A DNA stretch of 64,000 nucleotides from contig HF993109.1 in assembly GCA_000433475.1 (NCBI GenBank), positions 133,712-197,711 on the forward strand. Direction: 5' to 3'. Numbering within the stretch: the stretch's first letter is position 1; each line of letters begins with the position of its first letter. Under the pieces are notes generated by a model. It was not told where the DNA came from and did no database searches. It was given only the letters and a program-made list of their open reading frames with translations. The stretch is from Mycoplasma sp. CAG:956 (lineage in GTDB: Bacteria; Bacillota_I; Bacilli_A; RF39; UBA660). Made by a program: the position numbers and the translations under genes. Positions 9,460-19,515 of the stretch are shown here, one piece after another.

Positions 9460-10857
9460 ATGATTAAAAAAAGTATAAGAAAAAATCCAAAGGATAATTT
9501 TGATGAGTGGTTTAAAATAGCAGCATATTATTATAAAAAACATAACAATCTATTAGTGCCCGCTAACTATTTAACCGAGGATGGTAAAAAATTAGGAGAG
9601 TGGATAATTTATATTCGAACTAAATATAATTCTGATGACCAAAAAATAACTAAAGAGCAAAAAGAAATGCTAGATTCTATTGGTATGGTTTGGAACTTAT
9701 ATGATTATAGATGGCAAGAAAGATTTAATCAAGTTAAAAAGTTTTATGATGAATATGGAACCATAGAACTTTTACCAACCTATCAGGGAAAAGAAGGCTT
9801 AAAACTCTTAAACTGGATAAAATTTCAAAGAAATATTTACTATAGTAAAAGTAAGAAACCAAAAGATCTAGAAAAAATTGCTAAATTAGAAAGTATTGGC
9901 GTCATTTGTCATCATAAAGATGAAATGTGGGTTTCCATGTATAACTTAGCTTTCTTATATTATAAGAAAAACAATAATCTATTGATTCCTGCTTGTTATG
10001 AAACTACTCTTGGTAAAAAACTTGGTATCTGGATAAGAAATCAAAGAAAAAGTTATTCTGATGGTAATTTATCTGAAATTAAAATCGCAGCCTTGGAATC
10101 TATTGGCATGGTTTGGCATGTTTATGAAAATAAGTGGAACCTAATGTATAAAGAAGCCTTAACTTATTATCAAAAATATCATACTATCAGTATTTATAAA
10201 GACTATAAACCAACTTATGTAACCAAAGAAGAACTATGTCAGTGGTTAGCAACTCAAAAGATATATTATAAACAACATAAAAATTTAACTCTTGAGCAAT
10301 ATAAGAAACTAAATTTAATTAAAATAGACTTTGACTATCAAGAAGATAATTGGAATTATATGTATAACTTGGCAACTAATTACTATTTAGAAAATGGTCA
10401 TTTACTAATTCCTAGAACCTTTAAATCTGAAGGTAAGAATTTAGGTATTTGGTTAGAATCACAACGTCAACATTACCAAAAACAAAAACTTTCTGAAGCA
10501 AAAATTCTTCTTTTAGAATCTATCGGTATCATTTGGCAACCGAGAAAAAATCTTTCATCTATATATAATTATTTAGATGAAAATTATCCTTTAATTGATA
10601 AACGACTTAACAGGGATGTTTTAAACCGTATTTCCTTACTAGAACTAATTGCTAAAATTAATTATTTAATTTGTTGTAAACATACTTCCTTTATTTATAG
10701 TAATGGGCTTTTAAAAGATATATTTTCTATGAGTAGTATAGCTATCAAAAATGATCCTAACTATGGTATTTCCTTAGAAGAAATAATTAATACCTATGGT
10801 AAAGAATATATTTTAAAATATAATAAAAATATGAAAGGTAAAACTTTAGACTTATAA
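9460..10857 (+). CDS. HA (helicase-associated) domain repeat protein, 6 tandem HA repeats plus family C-terminal module
   Basis: RBS AAAGGGGA; HA repeats (..W...Y......Y.......L.P..Y.T..GKKLG.WI..QR..Y......E.KI..LESIGMVW); C-term LNRISLLELIAKINYL...NGLLKDIFSMSSIAIKNDPNYGISLEEIINTYG. Confidence 0.75.
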   Translation: MIKKSIRKNPKDNFDEWFKIAAYYYKKHNNLLVPANYLTEDGKKLGEWIIYIRTKYNSDDQKITKEQKEMLDSIGMVWNLYDYRWQERFNQVKKFYDEYGTIELLPTYQGKEGLKLLNWIKFQRNIYYSKSKKPKDLEKIAKLESIGVICHHKDEMWVSMYNLAFLYYKKNNNLLIPACYETTLGKKLGIWIRNQRKSYSDGNLSEIKIAALESIGMVWHVYENKWNLMYKEALTYYQKYHTISIYKDYKPTYVTKEELCQWLATQKIYYKQHKNLTLEQYKKLNLIKIDFDYQEDNWNYMYNLATNYYLENGHLLIPRTFKSEGKNLGIWLESQRQHYQKQKLSEAKILLLESIGIIWQPRKNLSSIYNYLDENYPLIDKRLNRDVLNRISLLELIAKINYLICCKHTSFIYSNGLLKDIFSMSSIAIKNDPNYGISLEEIINTYGKEYILKYNKNMKGKTLDL

Positions 10858-10948
10858 GAAGAAAGAGAAAATTTACTAATTTCCCTTGCTTTTTTTTTCT
10901 ATTTATAAGATAATTAAGAAGTATAGATAGTAAGGAGTCGTAAAAAAT

Positions 10949-13561
10949 ATGGAATATGGTATCGATTATATATTAAAATTACCAACTGAAGATATAAAAA
11001 CTTATTTAGAAAGTGCTAGTATAATAGATATCCTAGCCATCTTAGAAAATATCAAAAAACGTAAGGAAATGGATTATGCTTCTTTAAACAAATTAGAAAA
11101 ATTAGAAGAGCAAATTAAAATAAATAAAAATTACCTTACTGATATCGATAAACGTATAAATTTTGCTACTAAAACTAATGCTCCTAAAGTAGAAGTTGAT
11201 TTATTATGGGAAGAATATAGTCGTTATGATGCCATTATCGATGATTTAACTAGTAAAAAAGAACAATTAATTCAAGGATTTAATGATAAAAAACAAGCCA
11301 TTTTTACTTTAGCATGGAATATGATCTTAGAAGCTCCTGTATCTAAATTAGAAGATTACCGAAACAGCCTTATCACATGGCTAAAAAATAGAATAGAAGC
11401 TATTGAAACTAATAAGAGCAACAGGGAAATAACTACCAATACACTTTTAGAAGATAGAAACTTTACTAAAGAAGATCTAACTGTTAAATCAATTGATGCC
11501 GAGATTAAAGAAATGGAATCTCAAGTTCTAAATCATGAACTTATTTTAAATGAAGAAACTATTGGGAAGATTAAATCATTAAGAGCTAAAAAAGAATCAT
11601 TAGAACATGAAACTTTTACTTTTGTTTGCACAGAAAAGATAAAAACGTCTCTAAAAACTATTAGTAATGATATAACTAAATTACAGATGGAATTATCTAA
11701 CATTATTCAAATGGACATTGAATCTTTAAAAGAAATGATTTTAAGTGATTATGCTCAAGGCAAAGAAGAAATAAAATTAGCCAACTACGTTCGTATTTAT
11801 CGCTCTTATTTAGAAAATATTAGTAAAGTACCTCTTACTTTAAAAGCAGCATATCGTAATATTTGCCTAAACTATGCTAATCTTTTAAATTCCATAGAAA
11901 ATCCTAGCTTTGAAGGGGAAACTCTTAATGATTTAGATATTAAATTAAAAGAATTACATAATTATATAAAAACTTTAGAACAATATAAAACTAAAAAAAA
12001 TGATAAAACTACCGAAACTAAGTTCTTATATACTACTGTAAGACAACAAGGCTTATTTGAACTTCCTTTCTCTAAAGATAAATGGTTATCTTATTTTGGT
12101 AAATATTTTGAATCCTTACTTAACGAAATTAAACCATTAGAAGAAAAGAATAAAGAATATATCTCTTTAACAACAGTTAGTCTAAAGAGTAAAAAGATAG
12201 AAGAAGAATTAGACTTATATCGTAAAGACTTAAGAAGTATGTTAGATGAACTATATAACAAAGTTTTATCCATATATTTAAAGAATAATTTATATATTAA
12301 TGTTAATGTTTATGATTATCGTGATACCGAAACATTTACTAAGTACTTAGAATATCAAACTATTAGTATCGATAAAGAAATAGCAAGTGTTAAAACTACT
12401 ATTGAAGGATTAAATAGTAAGAAGAGTAATATCTTAGAATTAATTAATGATACTTATAGTAAGATTGATACTGATATTAAAGCTAAATTAAATAGTATTT
12501 TTAATGGAACTTATGTAAAAGAAGAAGAACAAGAAGAAAAACCTCATCATTTCTTTGCAAGTCCTACTACATTAGAACCTAGTTATAATGATACTTTTGA
12601 TGATACAACTAGTAATTTAGAACCTATAAGTAAGGTAGAAGAAGAACCAGAAGTATCTGAATTTGATTCTTTCTTTGCTACTGATATTCCTTTTAAAGAT
12701 GATGATACAGAAGAAAATAATGAACTACCAGAAGAAGCTCCTACAAGACCTAAACATGAATTAGAACCAGATGAAGTTCCTTTGAAAGAAAAAGAAATCA
12801 AAGATGAACAAAGTAACAATTCTAGCATAACCACCTTTAATCCCGATGATATCTTTGGTAGTACATCAAATACTTTAGATAATGCTTTAGAAGAAGAGCA
12901 AAAACAAGAACCAGTAGTTTCAAAAGAAGAAGATGATACGGTAATTTCTTTTGATAGTGAAGATATAGCATCAACAAAGGCCTCAGAAAAAAAAGAAGAG
13001 GCTAGTGAAGCTAGTGCAGTATCTGATGATATAAACTTTGATGATGCTATATCATCATCTGATAGAGAAGCTTTTAAAGAACTACTTGAACCTCAAAAAG
13101 TGCCAGATTTTAATACCATAATTAATACTCCTGAACCAAGTACTAAAGAAGAAAAAAACAAAATCAAAAAAAGAGGACTTAAAGTAATTAAACAAGAACC
13201 AGTAGTTTCTAAAAAAATGTCAAAGAAAACACCAGAGGTAGTTTCAAAAACAACTGTTAAAACGGATGCTACTGAGATTAAAGAACGAATCGAAAACAGC
13301 CAAAATGATAGACAAAGTAAAAATGTACCACCACTATTTAATCCGGCTAGTGCTAGTGATGTAAAAAGTGAATACAATGATACTAATGCTCCAATTGATT
13401 TAAATGCTTTTCTAAATGGCAACCTTTCAAATCCAACAGAAAAACAAGAAACTAAAGAAGTTGATGATAAAACTAAAAAATTAACTTTAAGTCAAGATGA
13501 TAATATAAATTTGATGGACTTTTTAAACCAAATTGAAAATAACGATGCTAAAGTAGCTTAA
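10949..13561 (+). CDS. Hypothetical 870-aa coiled-coil protein with long acidic Ser/Glu/Pro-rich disordered C-terminal half
   Basis: RBS AAGGAG; heptad-like K/E/L-rich N-terminal 520 aa; C-terminal ~350 aa dominated by E, D, S, P, T. Confidence 0.7.
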   Translation: MEYGIDYILKLPTEDIKTYLESASIIDILAILENIKKRKEMDYASLNKLEKLEEQIKINKNYLTDIDKRINFATKTNAPKVEVDLLWEEYSRYDAIIDDLTSKKEQLIQGFNDKKQAIFTLAWNMILEAPVSKLEDYRNSLITWLKNRIEAIETNKSNREITTNTLLEDRNFTKEDLTVKSIDAEIKEMESQVLNHELILNEETIGKIKSLRAKKESLEHETFTFVCTEKIKTSLKTISNDITKLQMELSNIIQMDIESLKEMILSDYAQGKEEIKLANYVRIYRSYLENISKVPLTLKAAYRNICLNYANLLNSIENPSFEGETLNDLDIKLKELHNYIKTLEQYKTKKNDKTTETKFLYTTVRQQGLFELPFSKDKWLSYFGKYFESLLNEIKPLEEKNKEYISLTTVSLKSKKIEEELDLYRKDLRSMLDELYNKVLSIYLKNNLYINVNVYDYRDTETFTKYLEYQTISIDKEIASVKTTIEGLNSKKSNILELINDTYSKIDTDIKAKLNSIFNGTYVKEEEQEEKPHHFFASPTTLEPSYNDTFDDTTSNLEPISKVEEEPEVSEFDSFFATDIPFKDDDTEENNELPEEAPTRPKHELEPDEVPLKEKEIKDEQSNNSSITTFNPDDIFGSTSNTLDNALEEEQKQEPVVSKEEDDTVISFDSEDIASTKASEKKEEASEASAVSDDINFDDAISSSDREAFKELLEPQKVPDFNTIINTPEPSTKEEKNKIKKRGLKVIKQEPVVSKKMSKKTPEVVSKTTVKTDATEIKERIENSQNDRQSKNVPPLFNPASASDVKSEYNDTNAPIDLNAFLNGNLSNPTEKQETKEVDDKTKKLTLSQDDNINLMDFLNQIENNDAKVA

Positions 13562-13595
13562 GTTTAATAGATAATAGTAAATACATAAAAAAATT

Positions 13596-14069
13596 GGTTC
13601 AATAAAATCTAGTGTGAAGAGAGATGATAAAATTTCATCTCTTTTTATGTGGTAATATGTAGTAAATAATAATAGGAAGGCGAGTATAGATGAAAGATTA
13701 TTATTTGCTAATAGGATTAAATAGTAAGGAGGTTAAAATAATAATGGATTAATAGAAATTACTATTGAGAATAGGAAAAAGAAAGTAAGGTGTCCTGTCT
13801 GTAATAAATTTACAAGTTCAGTACATGATAAATTAAAGCCTATAAGAAGTGTTTATTTAGATAGTTGTGGTTCAACAAGAAACAAAAATATCTCCAACAT
13901 TAAAAATAAGAAATAAATTTTTTACTCGATTATCAAAATTTTAATAATATTAAAAACGTTCAAAAAATAACTAAAAAAATCATATCAAAAAAAATGTAAA
14001 AAAATCCGTAAATTCCTTATGTTATAAGGCATCATGCAGATTTTTACTTCACACTAGATTTTATTGAAC
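13596..14069. mobile_element. MITE-like internally deleted ISL3-family remnant bounded by perfect 24-bp inverted repeats
   Basis: GGTTCAATAAAATCTAGTGTGAAG at 13596-13619 is the exact reverse complement of 14046-14069; interior encodes fragmented ISL3-like transposase N-terminus (MKDYYLLIGLNSKEVKII.. then ..RCPVCNKFTSSVHDKLKPIRSVYL zinc-finger-like) broken by stops. Confidence 0.55.
13617..13648 (+). terminator. Rho-independent terminator hairpin (agagatga-loop-tcatctct + T-run) after 10949..13561
   Basis: 8-bp perfect stem 13620-13627/13635-13642 followed by TTTTT. Confidence 0.5.
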
Positions 14070-14121
14070 CATAATTCTTGCTTATCCTTTATCTTTGTGT
14101 TACCTTAAATTTGGTGATAAT

Positions 14122-14895
14122 ATGCAAATAATTAAATATACTAAAAAAGGTTCTAATAAATATGAATTGACTTTAAAAGATAATACTAAATTACTAGTAT
14201 ATACTGACCTTATTTTAGAATATAACTTATTAATAAGAAAAAATCTTGATCCTAATACTTTAAAGAAAATAAAAAGTGCTAATCTAAAACTAGAATGTTA
14301 TTATAAAACCTTAAAGTATTTAAAAAATACTAAATGTACTAGTGATATAAAAAACTATTTAAAAGATTATCCTTCTAATATAGTTGATTATACTATTAAA
14401 AGATTAACTAAAGAAGGTTATTTAAATGATAATAATTACATTAAATCTTATATAAATACTAAAATAAATTTAAGTAATGATGGTTATTATAAAATATATT
14501 ATTATTTAAAAAATAAAGATTTAGATGAAACTATTATAAAAAATTATCTAAATGATATTGAAGATAATATCTGGTTAGATAAAATAAATAAGATAGTAAA
14601 TACTAAATTAAAAAGTAATACTAAGTATAGTAATAACTTATTAATAAGTAAAATAAAAACTTATCTTAAAACACTTGGATATCAAGATTATCTAATTAAT
14701 ATAGCCTTAGATAATATTAATTTAGATACCTCTAAAGAAGATGAAAAATTAGAAAAAGACTATCTAAAATTATTTAATAAATATAAAAATAAATATGAAA
14801 AAAATAAGTTAAATTATATTTTAATAGGTAAACTATATCAAAAAGGTTATGATTTAGATAAAGCCAAAAGAGTAGTAGAAACTTCCAATTTGTGA
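14122..14895 (+). CDS. recX: Recombination regulator RecX
   Basis: GGTGA RBS then ATG; three-repeat helical pattern with ..YELTLKDNTKL.V..D.I..Y.L.....L........K.A.......YYKTLKYL..T..S..E...YL......I...I.RL...GYLNDN.Y..SYI.......GY.KI...L..K.. typical of RecX family; tool start 14095 is TTG. Confidence 0.6.
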   Translation: MQIIKYTKKGSNKYELTLKDNTKLLVYTDLILEYNLLIRKNLDPNTLKKIKSANLKLECYYKTLKYLKNTKCTSDIKNYLKDYPSNIVDYTIKRLTKEGYLNDNNYIKSYINTKINLSNDGYYKIYYYLKNKDLDETIIKNYLNDIEDNIWLDKINKIVNTKLKSNTKYSNNLLISKIKTYLKTLGYQDYLINIALDNINLDTSKEDEKLEKDYLKLFNKYKNKYEKNKLNYILIGKLYQKGYDLDKAKRVVETSNL

Positions 14896-14920
14896 TAAAA
14901 TTAGCATAATAGGAGTAAGT

Positions 14921-17900
14921 ATGAATAATAAATTAAGTATTGAAGAATTTAGAAAATATAAAGAACAATTACAAAAAATAATTGATGACTTTAAAAATAA
15001 TTATGAAGTAATGAAAAATAATCCTTCTTATAATGAAGCCCAAGAAGAAGAAAAAAGCATTGCTGCCTATTTTAAAATTGAACAAGATCTTTTTAGTCAT
15101 GATTTAAGTGCTATCCCATACGAAGAGTATCAAAACCTATCAATTATGGCAACAGACCAAGAAGAATTAGATCTGTCAAATAGCCATGCTAATATTGATT
15201 TTTCACTCATCGAGGTATTTGGACACTGCAATTTTAAGGGGTGTAACTTAAAAAATATTGAAAAAGTAAATGATAGAATAAGTCCTAAGTATTTAGATAC
15301 TGATATCTTTTTAAAAAATAAAGATTTATTTTTATCTAGTAGTTTTCCCGAATGGTTCCAAGAAAAATGGTACTATGGTGATTTATCAATCGAAGATGTA
15401 ACTAAATTAGATAAGACTTTAATAGAAGAACTTATCAGTAATCCGCAAATTTTATATCATCTTAGTAATAGTCATGATGTTTATATAATTAGAAATTTAG
15501 GCTTAAAAAAGGCTCTTTCTATCTATAATTATTCTAAAGAAGAATATCAAGTCTTAAATAACCTTATATTTAATCTATCAAGTGCTAATTTTAATAAGAT
15601 AGACCAATCATTAACTGATCCCGAAGCAATTATTAAAAATATTTATCAAATCTCTGTTGATGATATATTAGCGGTAGATAATGAGTATTTTAAAAGAAGA
15701 TTAAAGCCAGAAAGTTATCATCAAAAATTTGTTGAGGCTAATGAAAATATTTTTAAAACTAAGAGTAACTTACCAGAAGATGTTAAAAATAGATATTATG
15801 AACACAATCTTAGTGTAAATGATGTTTTAAATAACTATGAGGAATTCAAAAATATTCCCTTATTAGGATTTATGAAATCAATAACAAGTAGTTCTAAAGA
15901 TATAATTTGTAATATTAATTTAGCTTATGGTAGTATGGCTTTTCAACAAGTTTATCCATTATATCCCAAATTAATTAAACATTTAAATGATGCTGATATT
16001 TTTTTAAGTTTTAATAAAAATTATGATGTAAAAACTGGTTTAAGAGATGCCGTTACTAATTGCTTAGAATGCTTTAAAGAAAAAAAAGTACCCGATTGGG
16101 CAAATGAAATGTTTACAAGTATTGTTCCTAAATATTACGATATAAGCAATTTGAAAAAATATAATCCCCAAATTTGCTTATATGATCCCTTGCAACGCAA
16201 AATAGTAGAAACTAACAACGTTGATAATGCAATCAAATTTAATGACGAAACACATTTTTTTGATTATGTGGACGATAGAAGTCCCGTAAATGCCTTTATC
16301 TTATATTTAAAAAGAAGTAATATTGACTTTAAAGAATTTGCTACTTATCAAGAATTTCGTGCCTTTATGGCAGAGCATTTAGGAAAAATGCGAGAAAAAA
16401 ATTACTTTAAAGATTATGATTCCTACGCCTTTATTCCGACCTATTCCAAAGCTTTTTACCAAGATTTTCGTCATATCTTTATTGATTTAAATAGCAATGG
16501 AACCTTACAAAAAGCCTTCTATGATAATAGATTAACACCTGATTATATAAGGCTTTATCCTAAGTGTTTTAAAGATTTAGAACACGAAGATTTAAGATAT
16601 GTTATAAGTAGCGATAATAAAAAATTTAAAGAAGTATTTATTCCTTTTTATACCAGTCATTTTGGTAATTTAGCATTATTAGATATTTTTAAAAAATATG
16701 CTTATAACAATTATCTAGTTGATTCCCTTGACCAAATAAAGTTAGATGAGGGTATGACTAAGGAACAAATTGATAAAAAAATAAGAAGCATTACTTATAG
16801 TAATATTTTAAAATACAGCCAGTTTTATTGGAAAAATTTAAAAAGTGATCCTTTATTTGCTAAAGAATATCCAGAACTTATTCTATCCGAAGATGAAATA
16901 ATGACACCAAGTGGCATAGTCCAAAATGACATTATCGATAAATTTTACAGAGGTAAATTAACTTTTGATGATATATTTACTTGTAAACCGCTAGCTTTAG
17001 CCTTACAACATAAAAATATCAATGTTGCCATTAGAAACAATAGTACTTATTATTTTGGCAATGGTATGAACGAAGCTCAAATTTATCTAAAACAGTTAGG
17101 CCAAGAAGACTTTCTAAAATTATGTAGTACTTTTGGTAAATTCTTAGATAATTCCATTAACAGAATTAAATTTTCTAATGATATTTCTTATTCCGAATTA
17201 TGTAAACAATTAGAAGAACTAACTGTTAAAAAAGCAACTTATGAAGGTATTCCTTTTAATGAAAGCAATGCCCCTTCCTTCTTAGTACAACAGCATCCTG
17301 AACTTTTCTTGGATGAATCTGCTCCTTGGGGGTTAAAAATGGCTTTTGAGGATGGTATTGATTTTTACTCTTTAGCAGCTAACTATAATGAGACTTTCCC
17401 TTTCTTAAAAGATAAAGCGGCTGTAAGTTTCTTTATCAGAAAAGATAAAGGACATAAAGGTGCCATTGCTAATTATTTTAATCTTTTTGGTAATATAGAT
17501 GCCTTAAAACTTGCTGGTAAAAAGCCCGATATTGTAACTAAAATGATTCATCATGATAAGGTTTACAATTTAAGAACCTGGTATTTAAAAACAGGTGGTA
17601 AATTTATTCCTGATCCAGTTGTTATGGAAAATTTTCCCCTAGATGATGTTGATAAATTCTTAACAGCAGGATTTAAATGGAGCAATTTAATGCGTTTATC
17701 AGAATTTACTAAAAATGATGAAACCAAAGAAGCCTTGCTAAAAATTGCTTATGTTTTTGGTACTTTTGATAATGATGATAGGGGCTATAAAAAAGTATAT
17801 GACTTATTAACTGAATTGCCGACTAAGTTTAAAGAAGATATTGGTTATATCTTTGATAACTTAGATAATGCTCTAGATAGTAATGCTAATTTTAATGTTT

Positions 17901-19513
17901 ATTTTCCTAATAATGATTTGGCAACAAATTTAATATTAACTGCTAATTCTGAAAAATTTCCGATTACTAGACCTAACTTTTTTAAACAGTTATATCGCCA
18001 TAATGCTGATAATACTTATACTTTAACAATTAATCAGCAAAAATATCCTAAAACAAGCCTAGTTATTCATGAAATTCTAAGTAGTTTTAAAGAATTTCAT
18101 TTAATAAATGCTACCAATGCTCATCAATTATTTGGTAACTTTGATTTTCAATATAATCCTGACTTTTATAATTTTTTCATAACTAATTTAGATACAATAT
18201 TAAATGATACTGAAAATTCTAGGTATTTGGGTTCTATTCAAAAACAATTTAAAGATATTAAAACAATAAATTCTAATCGTCACCTAACTTGGCAGATGGC
18301 AGTTAACTATGTTTTAGAAAATAAGTTTACCAATGTTAATCTTGGTAACGAACAAATGGCTGCTGTTTCATCTATTGCAGGCTATACCCAAGAACAATTT
18401 GAAAAACTACAAGAAATTTATGAATATAGTAAAAGAAGAGTAAAAAGTAGTATTCCTCATATCGAAGAAAGAACTGATGATTACACTTATGAGACCTTAA
18501 GATTAGATGATCCATTAGGTCTTGCTATTGGTACCCTTACTGATTGCTGTCAGGAAATAGATGATGCTGCCGAAGTTTGTATGGAACACTCAATGACAAG
18601 TTCCGATGGTCGTATTTTTGTCATAAAAGATAAAGAAAATAATATTGTAGCTCAAAGTTGGGTATGGCGAAATCAAAATGTTTTATGTTTTGATAATATA
18701 GAAATTCCTCACAAAGCCTTTGAACGAGCTATCCAAAAAAAGATAAATTTAACCCAAGTAGTTTATGATATATATAAACAAGCTGCTAATATTTTATTAG
18801 AAAAAGATAAAGAAATGTATAAGTCTTTATTGGAAAAAGGAAAGATAACAAAAGAAGAATATGATGCCCTATGTTTATCAAAAGTAACTGTTGGATTAGG
18901 TTATAATGATATTGCCGAAGAATTAGAAAAACAAGCAACACTTGATAATGGTATTCTTACTCATCCTCTTGATTATGATGCTCCAGTAAAGTTAAATCGT
19001 AGTCTTTATACCAATGACTCTAAAACCCAATATATTATTGCTGGCAACCAAGATCGTCTAAATAGAAGCCCAATGGAAACTAAAGCTTTATATACCGATG
19101 ACTTTAAAATTTATGATGATACTAACTTCCAAGAAAAAGATTATTTACATTTAATGAAATTAGAACTATTAACTGAAAATGGTAGCGATGATTTGAACTA
19201 TGCATTAACTAAATCAAGAAAAGATGAAAGCTTCCTAACTATTTTAGCTCGTTGTTATAATTTAGATCCTAAAACAACCCAAGTAATTTATAATAGTAAT
19301 ATGTCTATAATCTATGATATAAAAGATGATACCTTAAGAATAGGTAAAATTCTTTATAATTCAAATAACTATGATGTAGCTTATTACCAAATAAAAATAG
19401 CTATAGAAAAAATAGCCCAAGATAAAAATATAGATTTATCATTATCAGATAAAAATACCCAAGATTTATATAACAAAATAAATCTTAATAATGATATAAA
19501 GAGTAGGAGTTAA
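14921..19513 (+). CDS. Giant (1530 aa) cytoplasmic hypothetical protein
   Basis: RBS TAGGAG; no signal peptide or TM; Cys cluster GTLTDCCQEIDDAAEVCMEHSMTS near aa 1190; no family recognised. Confidence 0.75.
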   Translation: MNNKLSIEEFRKYKEQLQKIIDDFKNNYEVMKNNPSYNEAQEEEKSIAAYFKIEQDLFSHDLSAIPYEEYQNLSIMATDQEELDLSNSHANIDFSLIEVFGHCNFKGCNLKNIEKVNDRISPKYLDTDIFLKNKDLFLSSSFPEWFQEKWYYGDLSIEDVTKLDKTLIEELISNPQILYHLSNSHDVYIIRNLGLKKALSIYNYSKEEYQVLNNLIFNLSSANFNKIDQSLTDPEAIIKNIYQISVDDILAVDNEYFKRRLKPESYHQKFVEANENIFKTKSNLPEDVKNRYYEHNLSVNDVLNNYEEFKNIPLLGFMKSITSSSKDIICNINLAYGSMAFQQVYPLYPKLIKHLNDADIFLSFNKNYDVKTGLRDAVTNCLECFKEKKVPDWANEMFTSIVPKYYDISNLKKYNPQICLYDPLQRKIVETNNVDNAIKFNDETHFFDYVDDRSPVNAFILYLKRSNIDFKEFATYQEFRAFMAEHLGKMREKNYFKDYDSYAFIPTYSKAFYQDFRHIFIDLNSNGTLQKAFYDNRLTPDYIRLYPKCFKDLEHEDLRYVISSDNKKFKEVFIPFYTSHFGNLALLDIFKKYAYNNYLVDSLDQIKLDEGMTKEQIDKKIRSITYSNILKYSQFYWKNLKSDPLFAKEYPELILSEDEIMTPSGIVQNDIIDKFYRGKLTFDDIFTCKPLALALQHKNINVAIRNNSTYYFGNGMNEAQIYLKQLGQEDFLKLCSTFGKFLDNSINRIKFSNDISYSELCKQLEELTVKKATYEGIPFNESNAPSFLVQQHPELFLDESAPWGLKMAFEDGIDFYSLAANYNETFPFLKDKAAVSFFIRKDKGHKGAIANYFNLFGNIDALKLAGKKPDIVTKMIHHDKVYNLRTWYLKTGGKFIPDPVVMENFPLDDVDKFLTAGFKWSNLMRLSEFTKNDETKEALLKIAYVFGTFDNDDRGYKKVYDLLTELPTKFKEDIGYIFDNLDNALDSNANFNVYFPNNDLATNLILTANSEKFPITRPNFFKQLYRHNADNTYTLTINQQKYPKTSLVIHEILSSFKEFHLINATNAHQLFGNFDFQYNPDFYNFFITNLDTILNDTENSRYLGSIQKQFKDIKTINSNRHLTWQMAVNYVLENKFTNVNLGNEQMAAVSSIAGYTQEQFEKLQEIYEYSKRRVKSSIPHIEERTDDYTYETLRLDDPLGLAIGTLTDCCQEIDDAAEVCMEHSMTSSDGRIFVIKDKENNIVAQSWVWRNQNVLCFDNIEIPHKAFERAIQKKINLTQVVYDIYKQAANILLEKDKEMYKSLLEKGKITKEEYDALCLSKVTVGLGYNDIAEELEKQATLDNGILTHPLDYDAPVKLNRSLYTNDSKTQYIIAGNQDRLNRSPMETKALYTDDFKIYDDTNFQEKDYLHLMKLELLTENGSDDLNYALTKSRKDESFLTILARCYNLDPKTTQVIYNSNMSIIYDIKDDTLRIGKILYNSNNYDVAYYQIKIAIEKIAQDKNIDLSLSDKNTQDLYNKINLNNDIKSRS

Positions 19514-19515
19514 CT

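Noticed and set aside
12091-13422. Three minus-strand ORFs inside 10949..13561
   Set aside because: They are antisense to a long well-formed gene. Their Ser/Leu-rich composition reflects the reverse complement of GAA/GAT-rich acidic codons.
14095-14121. TTG start at 14095 for recX, and likewise the GTG/TTG tool starts at 25320, 41673 and 47083
   Set aside because: Downstream ATG or TTG codons with a proper Shine-Dalgarno spacing fit better. Starts were adjusted where the RBS clearly supports it.
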